Assembly: GCA_010909165.1 (NCBI GenBank)
Contig: MU008228.1
Span: forward strand, 62,001 to 126,000
Length of the DNA stretch: 64,000 nucleotides
Direction of reading: 5' to 3'
Source: Anthoceros angustus
Lineage: Eukaryota; Plantae; Anthocerotophyta
Below the pieces are notes generated by a model. It saw only the letters and a program-made list of their open reading frames with translations. It was not told the origin of the DNA and did no database searches. Below are positions 25,386 to 35,600 of this stretch, piece after piece (within the stretch, counting starts at the first letter, position 1; each line of letters starts with the position of its first letter). The translations under genes were made by a program, and so were the position numbers.

Positions 25386-25958
25386 TAGCTCTTAGAGCAT
25401 GTAGGGTTGTTCAAGCAAATATGGCTCTAACTCTTAGAGCATGTAGGGTTGTTCAAGCAAATATGGCTCTAACTCTTAGAGCATGTAGGGTTGTTCAAGC
25501 AAATATGGCTCTAACTCTTAGAGCATGTAGGGTTGTTCAAGCAAATATGGCTCTAACTCTTAGAGCATGTAGGGTTGTTCAAGCAAATATGGCTCTAACT
25601 CTTAGAGCATGTAGGAATGTTCAAGCAAATATGGCTCTAACTCTTAGAGCATGTAGGGTTGTTCAAGCAAATATGGCTCTAGCTCTTAGAGCATGTAGGA
25701 ATGTTCAAGCAAATATGGCTCTAGCTCTTAGAGCATGTAGGGTTGTTCAAGCAAATATGGCTCTAACTCTTAGAGCATGTAGGGTTGTTCAAGCAAATAT
25801 GGCTCTAACTCTTAGAGCATGTAGGGTTGTTCAACAAATATGGCTCTAACTCTTAGAGCATGTAGGAATGTTCAAGCAAATATGGCTCTAGCTCTTAGAG
25901 CATGTAGGGTTGTTCAACAAATATGGCTCTAACTCTTAGAGCATGTAGGGTTGTTCAC
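25379..25958. repeat. 42-bp minisatellite, ~14 copies (ATGGCTCTAACTCTTAGAGCATGTAGGGTTGTTCAAGCAAAT)
   Basis: Head-to-tail units without spacers; translates as the 14-aa repeat MALTLRACRVVQAN. Confidence 0.97.
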
Positions 25959-26407
25959 AAATAATCGTGATGAATCTAGAATGGCTTGAGTTTTTCGGTT
26001 CGTTGTTTAGAATGGCTTGTGTTTTTCGTTTCGTTTTACACTTATTATTTCTTGGTATAACCAAAATTTATATTAAGGGAAGAAAAAACCAGGATATAAC
26101 ATAGGGCCAGCCAGAATAGTGGCACTTGTGTTTTACACTTATTCAACAAACAGTTCCTCAATGTTTTTCCTCCATAATATTCTTGTTACCCCCAATAGGT
26201 TTTGTCCCCCAAATAAGATGGATGAAGATGTCAACAAAGAGTTCCTCAATGTTTTTCCTCCATGATATTCTTGTTACTCCCAATAAGTTTTGTCCCCCAA
26301 ATAAGACAAACGAAGATGTAAGTTCCCTTGCTGGTTTGTAGTTTCAAGAGTTGTTAGCATTTATTGCTTGGTTACAATTGTTGATTCTATGTGTTGATAT
26401 TGTCCTC

Positions 26408-26573
26408 CAGCTCTTAGAGCATGTAGGGTTGTTCAAGCAAATATGGCTCTAGCTCTTAGAGCATGTAGGAATGTTCAAGCAAATATGGCTCTAACTCTTA
26501 GAGCATGTAGGGTTGTTCAAGCAAATATGGCTCTAGCTCTTAGAGCATGTAGGGTTGTTCAAGCAAATATGGC
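26408..26573. repeat. Second block of the 42-bp minisatellite (~4 copies)
   Basis: Same unit; separated from the first block by ~450 bp of AT-rich DNA and ending where an LTR begins. Confidence 0.93.
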
Positions 26574-29270
26574 TGTGACAGAAGCAGCAAGGTTGACTTG
26601 GTCAAGGCAAAAAAGTGGCATGATAGCATGAGCATTGATATGATACTCGACACCCGGCCGTGAAGAAATAATAATTAGTTATAGTGTGTTGACTCATGCT
26701 AGGGTTGGCTAATCTTTAGTTAGTTAACCTATGATGCATATAAACTAGGCTTAGTCACCGTACCCATTCACTAGGGTTGTGTCTCTCATAGACGTACCGC
26801 TTAACTTCTTAGTCAAGTTGTCTTTAAAGCATAAGCAAGTTACTTCTTTATTGATTCATTCATTTCAATCAACAATGTAATTGTCAATAATTTATTCCTT
26901 GTTCAATTCACATAAATTCTTCATGGTATCAGAGCAGGGATAGATGGAGATGCATTTAGAATGCACACAAAATTTTTCTGCATCAGAAGATGTGCAGAAA
27001 GATATAATTTATTGTTGTTTTGAATAAGAAAATGTTCTTGAAAAAGAACTTAATAGAAACATCAAGAAATGAATTTTGTGTTGTTTTTCTTTAAAATCTA
27101 TATAGATTCTTGCTGCATTAGGTAGCCATTCTAACGTGCATCCATTGAATTGCTTCCTTGAGCAATTGCATGGAGATACACTAGAACAGCTGCCCAATGG
27201 GCAAAATTACAGATAGAAAAATACAAAAGAAAAATAAGATGCAGAATTTCTGCACTTATAAAACTCAAATCTTTGTTCTTGCACATGGCCAATCTAGATG
27301 CGCACAACAGTGGCAACAACGCCCTGCTACTCAGAATCATCCTAGGCAAAATAGGTCAAGAATTGCTGATGGGCAGACAATTGCCTCTCAGTTACATTCT
27401 GGCATCCTACAATGCAGCCAACGAAACCAAAATCAACCTATGCACATTGCCGATCCGACAGATGCGTTTAATACAATAGTTGAACTGCTCTATCCTCAAG
27501 AGCAAAATCTGGTGTTTACTCTTCCTCCAAGAAATCCACAGAATTTGCCTGAGCTGCGAGTGCAAAGAGCATTCAATGGTAACGGACAGCCGCGTGGTTT
27601 CATCACCACCCAATCTGCTCCAAACGTCCTTGTCAGGACTATAATCCAGCGAAAACAACAGAATTGTGAACAACGCTGCAACCAAATAAATGGACACCTA
27701 TCTACAGCGAGTGTGGACTTACAGGATCTGAAGGAGCAAATTGTGCACTTGGACTACAAGCTGGTTATGCTTTTGAAGCCCGAGCTGCTAAAAAATCCAG
27801 CATTCAGAAACACAGCCTGTAAACACGCAAGTAAGACAAATCGTGAGCGCAGTTTTGGCTCACCTAACTCGTGTCCGTCCTGCTCCACATATGCTTACAA
27901 TAAGTTCGAGATGAGGAGCTCCAAAATTGCAGCTACGAGGATGATCTGGGATCGGAACCTGCAACACCAAAATCAACAAGCACTATGAGCAGTGTGCATG
28001 GATGGTCAAGACAATGATCAGGAGGGACTTGAAAATCTCTTCAATACAATAGACGACGAACCTGAAGTTGAACAACCCACAAACATGGGAGACGCAGCTT
28101 TAACTCACAACTTTGGAAGTGGTAAATCCTTCAAGGAGAAGGATAGGTTCAATGACAATGACTTTGACATATGGCTCATCCGGATGGAGGGCGTTCTCGA
28201 GATGAGAGGCCTCCTTAAACATGCAACCGGGAAGGTAGAGAAACCTGACGAAGGATCTTCGGGAGAAACTGATTGGTTAGCTAAGGACAGCGGAGCCAAA
28301 TACCTCATTCGCAGTGGCCTAACAACTGAAATATTGAGGCAGACAGCGGGGGTACAAACTTCAGCCGAAATCATGAATCGTCTAAATGAGCTCTATGCAG
28401 GGCAAAACATGGTCAGTGCAATGACTGCTTTACGAAATTTTCAGAATCTGCGGATGAAGGACGGGGACTCAGTTGAAAAAGCACGTGAGTACCTTTCGGA
28501 CCCTAGCATCAAGGCTGCAGGGTGCCTCTAAATTCGCCATTGGAGATGATGAAATGGTGATGAGGCTTCTTCTCTCGCTCCCTGAATCATGGTCACATTT
28601 TGTGACCTCGCACACTGCTACACAAACACAGGCTACACTGTTAGTAAAGAAGCAAGGCATAGAGATGCCTGAGATGTCATTCTCACAGCTTGTGAGTTTT
28701 ATGCTACAAGAAGAAGCAAGCAGAAACAATCACAAGAAAGCAGGGAAACAACAGGCCCTGTACACCTCAAATCAAGGACGAGGAGGCAATAAACCCTTCT
28801 CCAAAGGATGTGGTGGAAATCCTTCCAAGGGAGGTAGCTCACAAGGCGCAGCCTCATCTGGGAAGAAGACTAAAAAGCCAGGCACCTGCAACTGGTGCAA
28901 GCTGCCTGGACATTGGGAAAAGGAGTGTCGCAAAAAGCAAGCTGGAGTTCCTCGAAAGGAGGGGACCAGCGCTGAAACACATGTTGTGGTAAAGAAGGCC
29001 AATACCCCATCAGCTCTTACAGTTGGGACTAGGGAGTTTGCTAGTCCACTGCTGCTTCCCACTTGCCTTTCTGCCAAAGCTAATCTGAAACCAACAGAAG
29101 AGTGGTATTTGGACACTACAGCACACATATGCTTTGATATAAACGTTTTAAAAACATATAGGTCTGTTTGAGATCAGTACGTTTACCTTGGGGACGACAG
29201 GTCTCTAGACCAGGTCGTGGCACAGTCGAGTTGTCGGTTCCATCTGGCATCACACTCACATTATTAGATG
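26574..29270 (+). mobile_element. 3'-truncated Ty1/Copia retrotransposon F (5' LTR 26574-26923, PBS, gag, start of protease)
   Basis: TG...CA LTR followed by tRNA-iMet PBS TGGTATCAGAGC (26924-26935). Gag KEKDRFNDNDFDIWLIRM, zinc knuckle CNWCKLPGHWEKEC, protease-like WYLDT. Confidence 0.88.
27992..29171 (+). pseudogene. gag: Copia F gag-protease (frameshift ~28480)
   Basis: ORFs 27992..28531 and 28473..29171, with Copia gag-like LLLSLPESWSHF and a CCHC motif. Confidence 0.85.
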
Positions 29271-29718
29271 CCAGAGATGACCGGGGAAAGGCCTAGGTGA
29301 GACAATCCTGGCATGCAAAGGCGTCCAAATGTTCAGAGATGGGCTTGGGTGTTGGCCTTTTGCTTGGGTGGAGCTTAACAGCCCTAATCCACCTTCATAG
29401 CTAGGATGAGGGCATGCCCTCCACACAAATCACATTTCGCCTCTATGGCTTCCTATCCTCGCGGCTCACCCCTAAATTCAGCATGTCTCGTAATCGAGGA
29501 GGTGGGGATGCTCATGTGCTGTTTTTGCACTTGCTTCTCACAAGACCCACTACTTTGGGAGGAATGCCCATTCATTCTGAACAGAGGAATAAGCCTCTGC
29601 GGCATGTTCATGTGTCCGTTTGGACAGAGATGGGGTTAACAAAGCACTTTCATCCCGACAAGAAATTGCAATAGTCTATGACGTATACACTCAAACTCTG
29701 GGTCGTCCACCATTATTC

Positions 29719-31234
29719 TCACGGACGACCTTTACAACTGCAACAACCAGCTGCGAATCGATGCACACGGTACTTCTTCGTTACCATCAGAGGTGTCCCA
29801 CTCGGAGTGTTCAACAGACCAAACGCCAGAGCTAGTTTCTCAGCATGCCCACAAAGCGCATCTTCCTTTTCCTTCCGAGACAGGGGCTTCAACACCAATT
29901 TTCTGTGAGGTACGTGGCCTCCTTCCTGTTTCACAAGAGAATTGGTGACCTCTACCTTCAGTGCAATATCCTCTCTCCTTTCTCCCACCAGGAACCTATG
30001 GACCTCCTTATTCACCTCAATGGTCGCCACTGCAGGTTTCTTGTTAGCTCCTGCTACCATCCGCTGTGTTTCAATCCTCCACCTACCTGCATAGGCATTG
30101 GGCGCCTCCTGGGGGTTCAGCCTAACAATGCTTTCAAAACACCACATCGCCCTCTCTATATCCCCGTGACTTTTGCAGGCTCTCAACAAAGACGTCAATC
30201 CTACAACATCATTTTGCCCAAAAATGATAATAGAATCGTCTCTGCCTCATCCAAAAAGCCCGCACACCCAAGAAGATCAATCATGCAGGTGTAATGCTCA
30301 ACAGGAGGTTTGATGCCATGCTCTTCAGCCATGGAATCAAAGCGCTTGCGCCCCTCATCCACCAGTCCCTCATGACTGCATGCTACTAAAAGGCAAGAAA
30401 AACTAGCCCCATCAGGCTGGATGCCGGCAACTAAACATCTCCTCAAAACAAGCTAGTGCCTTGAGACCTTCATCACAAGTACCATACCCACCAATCAGGG
30501 CTGTCCATGTCACCACATCCTTTCTGTTCATGCTGTCAAAAACCTGCCGTGCATCTTCCAGTTCACCACATTTTGAATACATGTCCACCAGGCAGGTGCC
30601 CACCACTGCGTCATCCAGCAGTCCTCTTTCAACGATCTGTGAGTGCAACTGCCAGCCCTTCTGTAAGGCGCCAGTGCTTGCACAGGCCTTCAGAAGGCAC
30701 GCAAAAGTAAAATGGTTAGCGAAAATGAGGCCCTCGCGCTCCATTTGTCCTTACACAACAAGTGCCTCTTGGCCGGTTCCTTGGTGTACATACCCAGCAA
30801 TCAGAGCATTCCATGTCACCACATCCTTTTTGGCCATGCTTTCAAAAACCTGGCGTGCATCTTCCAGTTCACCAGATTTTGCATACATGTCCACCAGGCA
30901 GGTGCCCACCACTACGTCATCCAGGAGTCCTCTTTCGATAATCTGTGAGTGGAGTTGCGTGCCCTTCTGTAAGGCACCAGTGCTTGCACAGGCCTTCAGA
31001 AGGCAAGCAAAAGTTGCATGGTTAGCCACAATCAGGCCCGCCTCCTCCATTTGTCCATACACAACAAGGGCCTCTTGGCCAAGTCCTTGCTGCGCATACC
31101 CAGCAAGCAGGGCATTCCATGTCACCACATGGGTGCACTCCCTGAGGTGAGGTGGGCCGGAGTTCCTCCTAGGATCCCTGAACACGCTCCAATTTGTTGG
31201 GTCCACAGGGGTCCGGTTGCCATACTGCGGCCAT
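29719..31234 (-). pseudogene. G6: PPR-DYW:KP paralog lacking the PDF and first PPRs, with deletions in E2 and in the DYW CxxC segment
   Basis: ATG at 31234. PAHLTSGS is joined to VVTWNALL, and the DYW reads LMVTKKYRVHRF (NLRMCSDCH...RDG missing). Confidence 0.85.
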
Positions 31235-31869
31235 CGTTCAGGAACCGTCGTCGGAAGATGACTTTAAGTGGCGGGATCTCCGGGTACTGTGTATGACCAC
31301 ACCACCCTGAAGGAGTGAGCACACTGTTTTGCATTGCTCACCTACAAACAAACAGCACAAGACATGTTATTATAGCAGCGCTATGGCGTACCGTTTTGGG
31401 CAGGGGGCTTACTTTCTTTCTTTTTGGCGGAGCTGGCCGTCCACCGAGTTGGATCCCCAGCTTGGTACACGGAGCCAGATGGAGCTCCAGCTAGGCCCAG
31501 TAACCACCAAAGGCTGGGCACAGGCTCGATCCTCGATCGGGCCAGCCCGCGATCGCAGCCAGGCCGTGCCGTGGGTGCATGCCAGCAGCCAGGCCGAGAT
31601 TAGGCACCATGCCCACCCGTGATTAGGCTAGATTCGATCATTGAGGCCGAGAGCGAATCCATTCAGGCTTTTTAATTCCATTCCGGCGCCTGATCGACTC
31701 AGGCCTCCATCATTCAGGCTTGATGACAGGCCCCCCATGACCTTCAGAGGTCGGGCCAGGCCTGAATCGCCTCAGGCTTGGCTGAATCGATAGATTCACC
31801 CCACAGGAAAAACCAACGGTCTCCGGCGTACAAACTTGGGCACCGACTACTTTCTTCATATTATTACTT

Positions 31870-34800
31870 TCACGGTCGACCTTTACAACTGCAACAACCA
31901 GCTGCGAATCGATGTACACGATAACCATCCCTTACAACAATGTTTCTCTTCTCAATCCTTGACATGATCTCCGTGGAACTGTGACAGTCGCTGCACATGC
32001 GTAGATTCTTCGTTACCACCAGAGGTGTCCCACTCGGAGTGTTCAACAGACCATACGCCAGAGCTAGTTTCTCAGCATGCCCACAAAGCACATCTTCCTT
32101 TTCCTTCTCAGACAGTGGCTTCAACACCAACTTTGTGTGAGGTACGTGGCCTCCTTCCTGCTTCAGACGTGCATTCGTGCTCTCTACCTTTAACGCAATA
32201 TCATCTCTTCTTTCTCCCACTGCAAATGTATGTACCTGCTTCTTCACCTCAACGGTCGCCACAGCAGGTTTCTTGCTAGCTCCTGCTGCCATTCTCTGTG
32301 TTTCAATCCTGTCTGCATCGCTCCACCTACCTGCATCTGCATAGGCATGGGCCATAAGCACGTACGCAGACGCCCTTTGAGGATCCAGCCTAACAAGGCT
32401 TTCAAAACACAACATTGCCCTCTCTATATCCCCATGACTTTTGCAGGCATTAAGCAAAGACATCCACCCCACGACATCACTTTGACTTTCGAATGATAAT
32501 AGCATCTTCTCAGCCTCATCTAAATGGCCCGCACGCCCAAGAAGATCAATCATGCAGGTGTAATGCTCAACAGTAGGTTTGATGCCATGCTCTTCAGCCA
32601 TGGAATCAAAGTGCTTGACCCTCGTCCAGTCCTCATGACTGCATGCTACTAGAAGGCAAGTAAAAGTAGCACCATCAGGCTGAATACCGGCAACTAACAT
32701 CTCCTCAAAACAAGCTAGTGCCTTGTGACCTTCATCACAAGTACCATACCCAGATATCAGGGCGGCATTCCATGTCACCACATCTTTGTGTTCATGCTGT
32801 CAAAACCTGGCGTGCATCTTCCAGTTCACCACATTTTGCATACATGTCCACCAGGCAGGTGCCCACCACTACCTCATCCAGCAGTCCTCTTTCCACAATC
32901 TGTGAGTGCAGCTGCCTGCCCTTCTGTAAGGCACCAGTGCTTGCACAGGCCTTCAGAAGGCAAGCAAAAATAACATGGTCAAAATGAGGCCTTCTTGCTC
33001 CATTTGTCCATACAACAAGCCTCTTGGCTCCTGCTGCCATTCTCTGTGTTTCAATCCTGTCTACATCGCTCCACCTACCTGCATCTGCATAGGCATGGCC
33101 ATGAGCACATACGCAGACGCCCTGAGGTCCAGCCTAACAATGCTTTCAAAACACCACATCTCTCTATATCCCCGTGACTTTTGCAGGCATTCAACAAAGA
33201 CATCACCCCACACATCACTTTGGCCTCATGATAATAGCATCTTCAGCCTCATCTAAATGGCCTGCACGCCCAAGAAGATCAATCATGCAGGTGTAATGCT
33301 CAAGTAGGTTTGATGCCATGCTGTTCAGCCATGGAATCAAAGTGCTTGCCCTCGTCCACCAGTCCTCATGACTGCATGCTACTAGAAGGCAAGTAAAAGT
33401 AGCATCAGGCTGAATACCGGCAACTAACATCTCCTCAAAACAAGCTAGTGCCTTGTGACCTTCATCACAAGCACCATACCCAGATATCAGGGCTGTCCAT
33501 GTCACCACATCCTTTGTGCCATGCTGTCAAAACCTGGCGTGCATCTTCCAGTTCACCACATTTTGCATACATGTCCACCAGGCAGTTGCCCACCACTACG
33601 TTATCCAGCAGTCCTCTTTCAACAATCTGTGAGTGCAGCTGCCTGCCCTTCTGTAAGGCACCAGTGCACAGGCCTTCAGAAGGCAAGCAAAAGTAACATG
33701 GTCAGCCAAAATGAGGCCTCTTGCTCCATTTGTCCATACAACAAGCGCCTCTTGGCCCCTTGCTGTGCATACCCAGCAATCAGGGCATTCCATGTCACCA
33801 CATCCTTTATGGCCAAGCTGTCGAAAACCTGGCGTGCGTCTTCCAGTTCACCACATTTTGCATACATGTCCACCAGGCAGTTGCCCAACACGACATTTTC
33901 CAGCAGTCCTCTTTTGACAATCTCTGAGTGCAGCTGCCTGCCCTTCTCTATGGCACCAGTGCTTGCACAGGCATTGAGAAGGCAAGCAAAAGTAACATGG
34001 TTAGCCAAAGTGAGGCCCTCCTGCTCCATTTGTCCATGCAGAACAAGCGCCTCATGTCCAAGCCCTTGCTGGGCATACCCAGCAATCATTGCTGTCCATG
34101 TCACCACATTCTTTGTGATCATGCTGTCAAAAATCTGGTGCGCATCGTTCAGTTCACCACATTTTGCATACCCAGCTATCAGGGCATTCCATGTCACCAC
34201 ATCCTTTGTGGCCATGTTGTCAAAAACCTGGCGTGCATCTTTCATTTGGCCACATTTTGCATACATGTCCACCAGGCAGTTGCCAACAAACAAGTCATTA
34301 GAATGCCACTGCACATCATAGTGCACTTTTCTGCCAGATTCCAAGTCAGGCAATGCACAAGCTGAAGGGCAGCTACAAAGACGTGAGCATCCGCCTTCAC
34401 TCCTGACCTACGCATCTCATGGTACAGTTGTATGGCCTCCTTAGGTTTCCATGCTTAGCATGCGCAGATTATGGAAAACCACATGAAGACGTTGGTTTGC
34501 CCACCCTGGTGAACACATCCATGGCCTCCTGCAGCCTACCTCCACATGCATACATGCGCAAGATATGGTTCCCCAAGTATGCATTCGACTCGTACCCAAG
34601 TTTGACAGTGAGATCATGAACTCGTCGCCCCACAACCAAATCCTTCTTAGCTGTACACAGTTTTAGCACAGTGTACAAGAGAGACTGAAATAGCAGAGTC
34701 TGTCTGCGCCAGAGATTCCAGGGCTCCAACGGCCTCAGAAAGCTTCCCTGCTGACATAACGTGCTCACGGTTCCAGCCGTTACGACGCCCATTTCCGATC

Positions 34801-35220
34801 CTGCACACTCCAGGTTCAGGCTTATCCGGAGAGCTGGACTCGAAGAGAGGCACCATGACCCATCTGCATATCCAAGGAAACGAGCTGTTCATCAACCCAA
34901 GCTGGCTTAAACATGTTGTTCAACCACAGCACCTCGCCGGACCCCTTACGCCGGAAGTCAGGCGAACGGAGCTCTTCTTATCTCGTCTGTTGTCCACCAC
35001 ATGGTAGGGTCCAGAAAAATTGTTGCCACAAGTGCTCCTGCTCCTGGCAACGACCATCGCTGGAAAACCGTCCCACCACATTTCTCGGGTGCTACACTGC
35101 TGCACCTGAGGCTTGGTGTTTGCCAGGGGACTCCTGAGGTGAGGTGAGCCGAGTTCCTCTAGGATCCCTGTACACACCAATTTGTTGGGTCCACAACGGT
35201 CCGGTTGCCATGCTGGCCAT
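31870..35220 (-). CDS. G7: PDF + PLS-PPR with duplicated P2-L2-S2-E1-E2 block + DYW:KP (KGRP); indel-rich
   Basis: ATG at 35220; PDF ~34870-35030; PPR ORF 33676..34353; first E block ~33025-33510; second P-L-S, then ORF 31870..32781 with HAEKLALAYGLL, CSDCH, KGRP. Confidence 0.75.
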
Positions 35221-35600
35221 CGTTCAGGACCGTCGTCGGAAGATGACTAACAAAGACATGGCGGGTCCCCTACTGTGTGACCACACCACCCTGAAGGAGT
35301 GAGCAGACTGTTTTGCATTGCGTACCTACAAAAAAGAAGACACGTAATGGTTGCGAAGGATGCGAAGTCGTGCTTCCTTTCGCGGTGTAGTAACTACTAT
35401 CTAGCTGTCTACAACTTCCTCATTCCAGAAAGAGACGATTCACTGGACTCTGATTGTGTCCGTTATGATGGGAGGCGGATCAGCGTTAGCCATCCATGTG
35501 CATCCAGCGCAGGCACAGTCACCGTGTGACCCCACAGGAGAAAGCGGTGTTCTCCGGCGTACAGACTTGGGCACCGACTACTTTCTTCATATTGTTATTT

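Noticed and set aside
24360-25849. ORFs of MAMAMA/AIAIAI/YGYGY and MALTLRACRVVQAN repeats
   Set aside because: These are translations of micro- and minisatellite DNA.
25379-26573. 42-bp palindrome-containing repeats as a CRISPR array
   Set aside because: Units are head-to-tail with no unique spacers, there are no cas genes, and the context is eukaryotic.
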